Shown here piece by piece: positions 55,386 through 64,000 of a DNA stretch of 64,000 nucleotides; positions within the stretch are counted from its first letter, which is position 1; each line of letters opens with the position of its first letter. This stretch comes from an uncultured Solirubrobacteraceae bacterium. GTDB lineage: Bacteria > Actinomycetota > Thermoleophilia > Solirubrobacterales > Solirubrobacteraceae. The notes below the pieces were generated by a model. The model saw nothing but the letters and a program-made list of their open reading frames with translations. It searched no databases and was not told the DNA's origin. The DNA is taken from the NCBI GenBank assembly GCA_963715385.1, contig OY970237.1:2334610-2398609 (forward strand), in the 5' to 3' direction. A program made the translations under genes and the position numbers.

Positions 55386-57153
55386 CAAGAACGGGCTGAT
55401 CACCGGCGGCGCGCTGGCGGGCGCCGGGCTGGGGATCACGCGGGCCGTGGATGCCACGCAGGGATCGCAGCTCACCGGGGGCGCCCCGGCGCAGAAGCCG
55501 GCTGTCTCACGCGGGCGCACACGCCGCCCGAACATCCTCGTGATCGTGGTCGATCAGATGCGCTTTCCACAGTGGCTCCCGACGGGGATCAACGGGGCGG
55601 CGCTGCCGCCCAACCTCCAGCGCCTGCGCAATGGCGGCGTCTCCTTCGCCCGGCATTACACGGCCGCCAACGACTGTACCCCGGCGCGCTCGACACTTCT
55701 GACCGGCCTCTACACACATCAGACCGGCTGCATGATCACGGGCGGCAGCAACCTGGACCCCGGCTTCCCGACCTGGGGAACGATGTTGCGCGAGCACGGC
55801 TATCGCACCCGCTGGTATGGCAAGTGGCATCTCACCCATCGCGACAACCACTGGGGCGCGAAATTCGGGCCTCGCGCGCTCGCGCGCTACGGCTTTGCGG
55901 GAGGCACCTATCCCTCCCCCAACGGCGCACCCGGCCAGGGCTGGCGCCGAGACCCGTACATCGCTCGGCAGTTCGAGCATTGGATCGCACGGGAGAGCGG
56001 CGCCAAGCCGTGGTGCACGACGGTCTCCTTCGTCAACCCCCACGACATCGCCTGGTGGTACGCGTGGAGCGATCGCGTGCCGGGCGAGGCGCGCGCCGAG
56101 AGCGTGGCCGGGGGCCTTCCGCCCAACTTCGAGACGCCCGAAGTGATGATCGAGCGCAACAAGCCGCGACTGCAGCGCTCGCTGCAGGACACCGCGGCGG
56201 CCGCCTTTGGCCCGGTCCCGTTCACCGGTCTTGAAGCAGCCCCCCGGTGGGCTGAATTCCTCGACCTGTACGCGAAGCTCCAACTGGAGGTCGACCGCCA
56301 CATCGGCCAGGTGCTGCGGGCGCTGCACGACCGGCCCGAGGTCGCCGCCAACACGGTGATCCTGTTCACCTCCGACCACGGTGAGTACGGCGGCTCGCAT
56401 GGCCTGCGGGGCAAGGGCGCCGCCGCCTACGAGGAGGCGATCCGGGTGCCGCTGATCGTCAAGGACCCGCGCGGAGTGCTGACCCGCGCGCCGGAGCAGG
56501 AGCGCGTGCAGTTGAGCTCCAGCGTGGACGTCGCGCCGTTGCTGCTGACGATCGCCACCGGATCGAACCAGTGGCGCACCGAAGAGCACTACTCGCATCT
56601 CGCCGGGCGTGCGGACCTCGCCGCGATCCTCGCCGATCCGGGCGCACCAGGCCGTCCGTACGTGCTGCACGCGACCGATGAGACCGTGACCGAGTTTGCG
56701 ATCGAGCCCTACGCTGCCAACGCGCCCCGTCATGTCGTCGCGATGCGCACGCCCACGGCAAAGTTCGCCAGCTACTGCGACTGGCCCAGCACGGGAATCG
56801 AACCGCTGTCGCAGGGCGCCGAACACGAGCTATATGACTACAGCACGGACAGCGGCCGCCTGGAGCTGCACAACAGCGCGGGCGAGAGCAGGCTCGAGGA
56901 TGGGCTGCGCTCCGCGTTCGAGCAGGCGTTCGCCGAGGAGCTTCGGCGCCCGCTGCCCCCGCGCCTGACTGAAGCGCACGCGCGTGGATTTGCCGACTAC
57001 TTCTCCACCGCCAGGCACGCCGAGGACAACGCCGCGGCCGCACGTCAGCGCCGCTCCGAACAGGAAACCGAGGGCCTGGAAGAAGGAGGGATCACCCCGC
57101 AGGAGCCACTCCTGCAACATCTCAGAGCCGCTTCACAGGCGAAGCGCCGATGA
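55336..57153 (+). CDS. Tat-exported formylglycine-type sulfatase
   Basis: DRRTFIK Tat motif; VVDQ, CTPAR (CxPxR), GKWH, SDHG. Confidence 0.92.
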   Translation: MSKNPEQDRRVDRRTFIKNGLITGGALAGAGLGITRAVDATQGSQLTGGAPAQKPAVSRGRTRRPNILVIVVDQMRFPQWLPTGINGAALPPNLQRLRNGGVSFARHYTAANDCTPARSTLLTGLYTHQTGCMITGGSNLDPGFPTWGTMLREHGYRTRWYGKWHLTHRDNHWGAKFGPRALARYGFAGGTYPSPNGAPGQGWRRDPYIARQFEHWIARESGAKPWCTTVSFVNPHDIAWWYAWSDRVPGEARAESVAGGLPPNFETPEVMIERNKPRLQRSLQDTAAAAFGPVPFTGLEAAPRWAEFLDLYAKLQLEVDRHIGQVLRALHDRPEVAANTVILFTSDHGEYGGSHGLRGKGAAAYEEAIRVPLIVKDPRGVLTRAPEQERVQLSSSVDVAPLLLTIATGSNQWRTEEHYSHLAGRADLAAILADPGAPGRPYVLHATDETVTEFAIEPYAANAPRHVVAMRTPTAKFASYCDWPSTGIEPLSQGAEHELYDYSTDSGRLELHNSAGESRLEDGLRSAFEQAFAEELRRPLPPRLTEAHARGFADYFSTARHAEDNAAAARQRRSEQETEGLEEGGITPQEPLLQHLRAASQAKRR

Positions 57154-59002
57154 CCGTGCCGGCGGCATCGAGCGCCTGCGCCTGGACATAGGCGCCGGCC
57201 GCCTCCGACGGCAGCGCCATCGCCGTCTCAAAGCCGCTCCTGGCCGAGCTGCAGACGGGTGCCAGCTTCGCGGGCGACGGCCCCGCAAGCACGCGCCAGG
57301 AGGCGACATCCGTCGCGCCGTTCCAGCTCGCGTATGCGACCGCGCCGCCGTGCGCGGCGGGCGGCTTCGCCAGGGCCAGCGCCGGGGAATCGGCCGGCCG
57401 GGCGCTCCACGCGAGCCGGTAGGCTCGATAGGACTCATAGGCGGCCGGCATGTGCGCGTCGAGGAGCAGTTGGCCGGACGGGCTGAATTCAGAGATGTAG
57501 GGGACCTCGCCCCACCCCACCATCCAGGCGCCGTTGGGCAGGGCCTGCAGGTTTCCCTGGCTGCCGGCGACCAGCGCCTTCGACGGGTGCGTGTCCGCAC
57601 GCACGAGCGTCGCCGTCTTGCGCTGTGGATCGAGCCTCACGGCGATCGCCCGCGACTCAGGATGAATCGCCGGTGTCGCGCCGTTGTCGAAGAAGGTGAT
57701 CGTTCCGTCCGGCTGCCGGCGTGCGTCGTGCTGCCAGGCCGTGCGCGTGCCCGCCCCCATCTTGAAGTTGCTGTGCTTGCCGCCTAGCTGCCAGCGCACC
57801 CGGCCCGTACGCGCGTCGAGGTCGTAGGCGGCCCACGTGTTGCGCGCATCGACGAGCAAGTCGCCGTTCGGCTGCACGTCGATCGAGTTGATGTGGAAGT
57901 AGTCGAACGGCGTCTTGCGGCTCGCGTGCCGGCCGGAGGCGTAGGAGCGCGCGAGGGCGACGTGATCGAGGCTGTGCCACTCGAACATCACAAGGCCCGT
58001 CTTGAGGTCGATCTCCTGCAGCAGCGTGTCCGCCACGGCCGCATTGCGCGGGCCCCCGACGGCGGTCAGATCGCAGTTGATCCCGTTGAACACCGTGATC
58101 AGCCCGGTGCCCCGCGGGGTGATCTGGAATTCGTGCAGATCGGGCTGATAGCCGTTGCCGGCGCGCACGACCGCGAGCTGGCGGTATGAACTGTCGAGGA
58201 TCACCTCGCCCGCCTTGCTGGAGCCGCCGGCGCTCAGCGGGTCCTGCCACCAGGTGAGCACGGGCCTGCCTTCATACTGCTGAACCCTGAAGTCCGCCGC
58301 GCGCGTGCCCTGCGGTGAGAGCGGCTTGAACCACACCATCGCGCCGTCTTCATCGAGGATCATCGGGCCGTACTGCCCCGGACCCGAGTACGGGGCCACG
58401 AACAGATCGCCCGGAGCGGTGCCCGCGGTGTGAGTCGTCACGGTCACCGTGGGCGGCTTCAGGTCTGGGCGGGAGTGGAAGCTCTGGTAGTAGGGAGGGT
58501 GTGGCGGTGGGAACGGGCTGCCGCCCGCTTCTCCGGCGCGGTCGCGCACGGCGACCGTGAAGCTCCAAGAGAACGGGATCGTCGTGCCGTCCGCTCGCAG
58601 CTCGGCGTGAACGCTCACGAGCTCGCCTTCCGTGAACGGCTTTGATGGCAGGAAGCTCGCGCCGTCGCCCTGCGAGTAGGCGAGCAAGCGACCGGAATGG
58701 CCGCCGCTGCGCGAGCCCGTGACGGTGACGTGCGAGAGCGCCGTCGCGGGCACGCCGAGCATGCTGATCTGGGTCAGCGCGGAGGCGTCCCGCGTCTGCG
58801 GTCCCGGAGAGACCGTCACCCGCGAGCCGGCCAGCGCGGCGGAGACGTTCAGGCGCGGGGGCGTGCAGCGCGGGTTCGCGGGGATACCCGCGGCGCGAGC
58901 GCTCGAGGAGCGCCACGAGTACCTCCCGAGCAGGCCCACGACACCCCCCAGCACCGCAAGGCCGGTGAGCAGCGCGCACACGCGCGAGCGGCGTCTGCTC
59001 AC
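57122..59002 (-). CDS. Secreted/anchored ASST family protein 2
   Basis: DLHEF, DYFHINSI, DARNT, WQHDAR, SQGN; GTGA coupling to upstream gene. Confidence 0.82.
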   Translation of the reverse strand: MSRRRSRVCALLTGLAVLGGVVGLLGRYSWRSSSARAAGIPANPRCTPPRLNVSAALAGSRVTVSPGPQTRDASALTQISMLGVPATALSHVTVTGSRSGGHSGRLLAYSQGDGASFLPSKPFTEGELVSVHAELRADGTTIPFSWSFTVAVRDRAGEAGGSPFPPPHPPYYQSFHSRPDLKPPTVTVTTHTAGTAPGDLFVAPYSGPGQYGPMILDEDGAMVWFKPLSPQGTRAADFRVQQYEGRPVLTWWQDPLSAGGSSKAGEVILDSSYRQLAVVRAGNGYQPDLHEFQITPRGTGLITVFNGINCDLTAVGGPRNAAVADTLLQEIDLKTGLVMFEWHSLDHVALARSYASGRHASRKTPFDYFHINSIDVQPNGDLLVDARNTWAAYDLDARTGRVRWQLGGKHSNFKMGAGTRTAWQHDARRQPDGTITFFDNGATPAIHPESRAIAVRLDPQRKTATLVRADTHPSKALVAGSQGNLQALPNGAWMVGWGEVPYISEFSPSGQLLLDAHMPAAYESYRAYRLAWSARPADSPALALAKPPAAHGGAVAYASWNGATDVASWRVLAGPSPAKLAPVCSSARSGFETAMALPSEAAGAYVQAQALDAAGTVIGASPVKRL

Positions 59003-60807
59003 TCCTTGACCGTGGACGAGGTGCCGATCACGGCGCCCGAGCCGTCGAGCGCCTGCACAGCCAGATACGGACCTGTCGTGTGCGCCGTGATCGTCGTCTG
59101 AAAGCCCGCGGCCGGGGCGCTCGTGACGGGCGCCAGCGTCGAGCTGGGGGAGCTTCCCTCCAGCACCCGCCAGGAAGCGACATCGGTGGCGCCGTTCCAG
59201 CTCACAGAGACCGCGACCGCGACCGCTCCCGCGGAGCGCACCGACACGGACGGCCGCCCCGCCGGCTGCCCACTCCACGGCGAGAGATAGGTCCGGAAGT
59301 TCTGGACGTCCTTGCCGAGCGTGGCGTCCAGGAGCACGTGTCCGGATGCATCGAACTCCGTGAAGTTCGGCAGCCCGCCGTAGCCGAGCAGCCAGTTGCC
59401 ACCGGGCAGGCTGAGGGTGTTGCCCTGGCTCGAGGCGAGCAGCCTTTTGGACGGGTTCACGAGCTGCTTGACGAGGCTGACCGTGTGATTGGAGGTGTCC
59501 GGGCGCAGCAGGATCCCGCGCGACTGCCTCTCCTTGGGCGGCGCCGAGCCGTTGTCGAACATCGAGATCAGCCCGCCCGGCTGGAACTCGGAATCGTGCT
59601 GCCAGTAGAAGCGCGTGCCGGCGCCCTGCTTGAAGCTGCTGCGCTTGCCGCCGAGACGCCAGTGGATGGCGCCGCTGTGCAGGTCGACGTCATACAGGGC
59701 CCAGGTGTTGCGCGCTGAAAGCAGTAGATCGTCCGAGGGGCCGGGATCGGCGGTGTTCATGTGTACGTAATCCCACGGGTAGCCGTTGCTGCGCACGGGG
59801 TTGTAGGACTCGCTCAGAGGGATGTGACCGAGCGAGTGCCACTCCCACATGACCAGACCGGTCTTGATGTCGATCTGCTGGATCACCGAGTCGGTGAGGA
59901 TGCCGTCGGCGGAGCCGTGCACGCTCGACAGGTTCATGTGGATCGGGTCGAACACGTCGATCCACGCGGTCCCCTCCGGAGTGAGCCGGATCTCGTGCAG
60001 ATCGGCGTGGTAGCCGTTGCCCGCCCTGACCCGCGCGATGCGCCTGTAGGAACTGTCGTAGATGACGTTTTCACCCTCGCCGAAGCCAACCTGGATGATC
60101 CGCCCCTGCCACCAGGTGAGCACCGGTTTGCCCTGATAGGACTGCACCTGGAAGTTCGTCGCGTCGACCCCGGCGGGGAGCGGGTGAAACCACACGAGGT
60201 TGCCCTTCTGATCGACGATCATCGGGCCTGAGGCGCCCTTTCCCTGGTAGGGGGCCAGGAAGAGCTCCCCGGGCGTCGCGCCCGGCTTCGCGGGCGTCGT
60301 GATCTTCACCGAGGAGGGAGTCAGCGCGGGCGCCGAGCTGTAGTGCTGCACCGCCTTGGAGTCGCCGGGATTCCTCGGAAACTGCTTCTGGCTGACCGTC
60401 GCCTGATGGGCGACGGTGAAGCTCGTGCTCGCCTCCTGGGACCCGACTTGGGCATGAACGGTCACACGCTCGCCGGCGACGAACGGGTGCGAGGGCAGAA
60501 AGCTCTCACCCGTTCCCGTCGAGTAGGCCCGCAGGGTTCCCGAGTGCGTGCCGCTGTGGGAGCCGACCACGTGCACGCCGGAGATCTGCGTGCCGGCTCC
60601 GCCAAGGAAGCTGATCTGCGTGCTCGGCGAGGCGTCTGGAGTGCCCGGCAGCGGCGAGACCGTCACCGAGCTGGCCGCCACGGTCGCGCTCGGAGTGCCG
60701 TGGCCGAGCGCAGCCGATGTGGCAGGCGAGGCGCCGCCGCACGCGCAGATGCCGGCGACCGTTGTGAGCGCAGCGAGTAGGACCACAGCTGGACGAGCGG
60801 CTCTCAT
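58999..60807 (-). CDS. ASST family protein 3 (probable lipoprotein)
   Basis: GICACGG lipobox-like; DLHEI, DYVHMNT, SARNT, WQHDSE, SQGN. Confidence 0.82.
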   Translation of the reverse strand: MRAARPAVVLLAALTTVAGICACGGASPATSAALGHGTPSATVAASSVTVSPLPGTPDASPSTQISFLGGAGTQISGVHVVGSHSGTHSGTLRAYSTGTGESFLPSHPFVAGERVTVHAQVGSQEASTSFTVAHQATVSQKQFPRNPGDSKAVQHYSSAPALTPSSVKITTPAKPGATPGELFLAPYQGKGASGPMIVDQKGNLVWFHPLPAGVDATNFQVQSYQGKPVLTWWQGRIIQVGFGEGENVIYDSSYRRIARVRAGNGYHADLHEIRLTPEGTAWIDVFDPIHMNLSSVHGSADGILTDSVIQQIDIKTGLVMWEWHSLGHIPLSESYNPVRSNGYPWDYVHMNTADPGPSDDLLLSARNTWALYDVDLHSGAIHWRLGGKRSSFKQGAGTRFYWQHDSEFQPGGLISMFDNGSAPPKERQSRGILLRPDTSNHTVSLVKQLVNPSKRLLASSQGNTLSLPGGNWLLGYGGLPNFTEFDASGHVLLDATLGKDVQNFRTYLSPWSGQPAGRPSVSVRSAGAVAVAVSVSWNGATDVASWRVLEGSSPSSTLAPVTSAPAAGFQTTITAHTTGPYLAVQALDGSGAVIGTSSTVKE

Positions 60808-60970
60808 CTGGGGGGCTACGCGCGCCCGATGTGGTGGGTCATATGGCTCGAACCCAGCGGGCGGCGCGGGCATGGCGGACTCGTCATCGCCGGTGATCGT
60901 AGCGGGAGCGCAAGCGGCCGGAGCCGGTCGCACGGAGCGTGCGCGGCGCGAGAAACGCCGATACGGGAAC

Positions 60971-63940
60971 CTAGGAGCCGAGCGTGAACGGCCGGGAAGC
61001 TCCGATCACCCGCCCGTCGCCGCTGAGTGCCTGGACCTTGAAGCTGTGATTGCCCTGAGCGACGGGGACCGCCGTCTCAAAGCCGGACTTGGCGCTCCTC
61101 GCCACAACCGCCAGCCGGCTGGGACTGGGTCCAGCCAGCACCCTCCAGGACGCGACCTCGGTGGCCCCGTTCCAGCTCGCGTACACGGTTGTCGTGCCAC
61201 CCGCCGCACGCGCGACGCCGACCGGCGAGGAGAGTGGCAGGCCGACCCATCGCTCGACGGTCGCTCTGTAGCTGACGTTCGGGCCCGGGAACTCGCCTTC
61301 GAACAGCAGCCTGCCCGAGCGGTCGTACTCGGAGAAGTACGGTTCCGAGCCCCAACCGACGAACACGTCGCCGCCCGGCTGAGGTTGCGTGTCGCCCATG
61401 TATTCCGAGCGAAAGCCGCCTTTGTTGCCGTACTGCGCGGCCAGCGTCGCCCTGCGCGTCTGCTGATCGAGCGAGAGCAGGAGCCCGCGCGAAGGCCCGG
61501 GCGGATCGACGGAGGTACCGCCGCCGGTCAACTGGCAGCAGTGGTCGTCGAACAGGCTGATCGTCGAGTCACCCTGCAACGCTACGTCGTGCTGCCATTC
61601 GAAGCCGGCGCCCGGGCCGAACTTGAAGCTCGAGTCCCTGCCGCCGAGCGTCCACCGGATCCTGCCGCTGTCGATGTCCACCAGGTAGGCGGCCCACGTG
61701 TCGCGCATCGAGACGAGGAACTTGCCCTCGCCCGTCAGCTGGATCGAGTTGACGTGGTAGGCGTCCCAGGGAAACCCGTTGGTCGGCAGCGTTGCCTGGG
61801 ACTGGCTCAACGGGATGTGGTCGAGCGCGTCCCAGTTGCGCTCCAGTCGGCCCGTCCTCAGGTCGTACTCCTGCACGGCCGAATCGATCAACGCGCCGTT
61901 GTAGGCGCCGCCGTACCTGGACAGGTCCTTGGGCACGTTCTTGTTCGCGGTCACCCACGCGTGCTCTCCATCGATCACGAGCTCGTGCAGTGTCAGCACC
62001 CAGCCATCCTTGGCTCTCAGCCGCGCAACCGGCTTGTAGTGCTGGTCGACGACGACGTACTCGCCGCTTTCGGTCGAGCCCGTGTTCGTGACGACGCCCT
62101 GCCACCAGGCGAGCACCGGCTTGCCGTGATAGCTCTGCAGGCTGAGGTTGGCGGCGACGACTCGTTCGGGCACCGGCTGGAACCAGACAGGCTGCAGGTC
62201 GCGGTCGAGGATCAGCGGCCCGCTCTGACCGACGATCGGCGGTTCGTTGAGGTCGTAGAAGTTCGCCGTGAAGATGTAGCCGGGCGCGAGCCGCCGGGCG
62301 GGTGCCCGCTTGACGCTGCGGATCTGCGGCGGGTGAAGCGCCGGCGCGGTGACGAAGGTGTAGGCGTCCTTCGTTGTGTATTGCCCGATCGGAGCGCCCC
62401 GCGAGCCCGCGAACGCGGCAGTGAGCCCGACGAACACCGCCAGCACGAGCGCGATCGCCCCGGCAAAACGCCGCGGCGCCGCTCCTAGCGCGCTCTCCGG
62501 TTTCGGTACGGCCACGAACGTGATGACAGCGGCCAGACCGGCGAGGCAGGCGGCGATCAGGTAGGCGAGGGCGAAGCCGTGGGTGAGCGCCGCCGCGACC
62601 TGTTCGCCTGAGCCGATCAGGTTGGTCGAGCGTTGCGTCGCGAACGTGATCAGCAGTGCCAGGCCCAAGCCGCCGCCGACCTGGCGGGAGGTGTTGACGA
62701 GCCCCGACGCGAGGCCGGCCTGACCCTCCTTCGCTCCGTGAGTGGCGGCGATCGTCGAGGGGACGATCGACATCGCGATCCCCGCCGCCGTCAGCACGCC
62801 GGGAATGACGACGTAGACGATCGGACTGCCGCTCGGCCCGATCCGCGTGAACAGCAGCAGCCCCGCGGTCAGCATGAGCAGCCCCCCTCCGAGGACCGTG
62901 CGCACGCCGAACTGGCTCACCAGCTTGCCGGCGCGAGAGGCGATCAGCATGATCGTCAACGTCATCGGCAGGAAGATGAGGCCGGTGTGCAGCGGCGAGA
63001 GACCGAGCACCTGCTGCAGGTACAGCGAGCTCACGAACCACATCGGGAAGAGCGCCGCGCTGAACAGCAGGACGATGTTGTTGGCGACCTTCAGCGGCTT
63101 GGTCAGCTCCTTGAAGGGGATCAGCGGCGCCGAGGCCACGCGCGTCTCGATCAGGCCGAACACCCCGAGCAGCGCGGCGCCGATCGCGATCGGGCCGAGC
63201 GCGGCGAGCGTGCCCCAGCCCTTCAGGCCCGCTTCGACGACCCCGTAGACGAGCACCATCTGACCGAGCGTCAGCGTCAACGCCCCGGCAAGGTCGAAGG
63301 GAGGCGCATCTGGGCCCTTGCGGCGCTCCGCGACGACGGCGTAAGCCACGAGTGCGGCGGCGATCGCGATCGGGGGATTGATCAGCAGGACCCAACGCCA
63401 GCTGAGCACTTCGGTGATGATCCCGCCGAGCAGCACTCCGGCCGCGCCGCCGAGTCCGTTCATCGCCGCCCAGATTCCGATCGCCCGGTGTCGCTTGGGG
63501 CCCGCCGGAAACGATGCGGTGATGATCGCTAGCGAGGTCGCGGCCATCAGAGCGCCGGCGAGACCCTGCACGCCGCGAGCGGCGACGAGCGTCACCTCGT
63601 TGGGCGCGAGGCCGCCGGCCAGCGAGGCCAGCCCGAACAGGGCCAGCCCGGCGACGAGCGTGCGGCGCTGGCCGAAGTGGTCGGCCGCGCGACCGCCGAG
63701 CATCAAAAAGCCGGCGAACGTGATCGCGTACGCATCGACGACCCATTGCAGATCCGGCGAGGTGAAGCCGAGATCCGACTGGATCGACGGCAGCGCGACG
63801 TTGACGATGCTCAAATCGAGAATCACCATGAACTGCGCCACGCAGCACACGACCAACAGCCACGCCGAACCCGACCCCTCCCTGCTCTCGGCCGGAGGGC
63901 TCTCGATCACTCCCGGACTGCTCGTCGCCTCGACGCTCAT
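60971..63940 (-). CDS. DHA2 MFS transporter fused to a C-terminal ASST domain (989 aa)
   Basis: FMVILDLSIVNVALP, GGRAADHFGQRR; extra TM FAGAIALVLAVFVGLTAAFA; TLHEL, DAYHVNSI, SMRDT, WQHDV; single open frame. Confidence 0.85.
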   Translation of the reverse strand: MSVEATSSPGVIESPPAESREGSGSAWLLVVCCVAQFMVILDLSIVNVALPSIQSDLGFTSPDLQWVVDAYAITFAGFLMLGGRAADHFGQRRTLVAGLALFGLASLAGGLAPNEVTLVAARGVQGLAGALMAATSLAIITASFPAGPKRHRAIGIWAAMNGLGGAAGVLLGGIITEVLSWRWVLLINPPIAIAAALVAYAVVAERRKGPDAPPFDLAGALTLTLGQMVLVYGVVEAGLKGWGTLAALGPIAIGAALLGVFGLIETRVASAPLIPFKELTKPLKVANNIVLLFSAALFPMWFVSSLYLQQVLGLSPLHTGLIFLPMTLTIMLIASRAGKLVSQFGVRTVLGGGLLMLTAGLLLFTRIGPSGSPIVYVVIPGVLTAAGIAMSIVPSTIAATHGAKEGQAGLASGLVNTSRQVGGGLGLALLITFATQRSTNLIGSGEQVAAALTHGFALAYLIAACLAGLAAVITFVAVPKPESALGAAPRRFAGAIALVLAVFVGLTAAFAGSRGAPIGQYTTKDAYTFVTAPALHPPQIRSVKRAPARRLAPGYIFTANFYDLNEPPIVGQSGPLILDRDLQPVWFQPVPERVVAANLSLQSYHGKPVLAWWQGVVTNTGSTESGEYVVVDQHYKPVARLRAKDGWVLTLHELVIDGEHAWVTANKNVPKDLSRYGGAYNGALIDSAVQEYDLRTGRLERNWDALDHIPLSQSQATLPTNGFPWDAYHVNSIQLTGEGKFLVSMRDTWAAYLVDIDSGRIRWTLGGRDSSFKFGPGAGFEWQHDVALQGDSTISLFDDHCCQLTGGGTSVDPPGPSRGLLLSLDQQTRRATLAAQYGNKGGFRSEYMGDTQPQPGGDVFVGWGSEPYFSEYDRSGRLLFEGEFPGPNVSYRATVERWVGLPLSSPVGVARAAGGTTTVYASWNGATEVASWRVLAGPSPSRLAVVARSAKSGFETAVPVAQGNHSFKVQALSGDGRVIGASRPFTLGS

Positions 63941-64000
63941 GCCGGTCTGCTCACCTGCGATTGGCACCGGGAGCGCCTGGTAGGCTGCGCGCCCGAGCCA

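Noticed and set aside
53514-62400. ASST paralogues as DNA-level repeats or a diversity-generating retroelement
   Set aside because: Similarity is at protein level with scattered differences; no reverse transcriptase or adenine-specific TR/VR pair.
1-64000. CRISPR array or rRNA
   Set aside because: No regularly spaced repeat-spacer units and no rRNA-like segment seen.
1-64000. Many long alternative-frame ORFs (e.g. 864-2267, 19868-21472, 60548-62488, 61569-63863)
   Set aside because: R/A/G/P-rich shadow frames of real genes, expected at about 70% GC.

Overview
High-GC (about 70% by eye) bacterial DNA; the gene content suggests an actinobacterium, plausibly Thermoleophilia/Solirubrobacterales (inference). 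1-41 kb is mostly metabolic and regulatory: ligD, lipid enzymes, TetR/HxlR/MarR pairs with visible operators, an ECF/anti-sigma-controlled pair of Tat-exported ferritin-like genes with its own tatA, mntR-mntH, a GtrA/GT2 locus, and two S53 proteases with an identical 1.25-kb 3' half. About 41.3-50.4 kb is a lower-GC, decayed island next to the 3' end of tRNA-Ser(GCT). It carries a BrnT-like TA pair, a nuclease-like gene, two HEPN-like genes, a serine-recombinase remnant and a five-gene operon (degenerate Dcd/dUTPase-fold protein with a membrane anchor, 2H phosphoesterase, radical SAM/SPASM, cupin, GHMP kinase). A divergent tRNA-Ser(TGA) follows with more accessory genes. 52.5-64 kb is a sulfate-ester locus: four arylsulfotransferase (ASST) domains, one fused to a 14-TM MFS transporter, plus a Tat-exported sulfatase and a GNAT. 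The best candidates for undescribed systems are the MFS-ASST/sulfatase locus and the five-gene island operon. Five genes show single +1 insertions, possibly sequencing error. No rRNA or CRISPR array was seen. All family calls are from motif recognition; no database searches were run.
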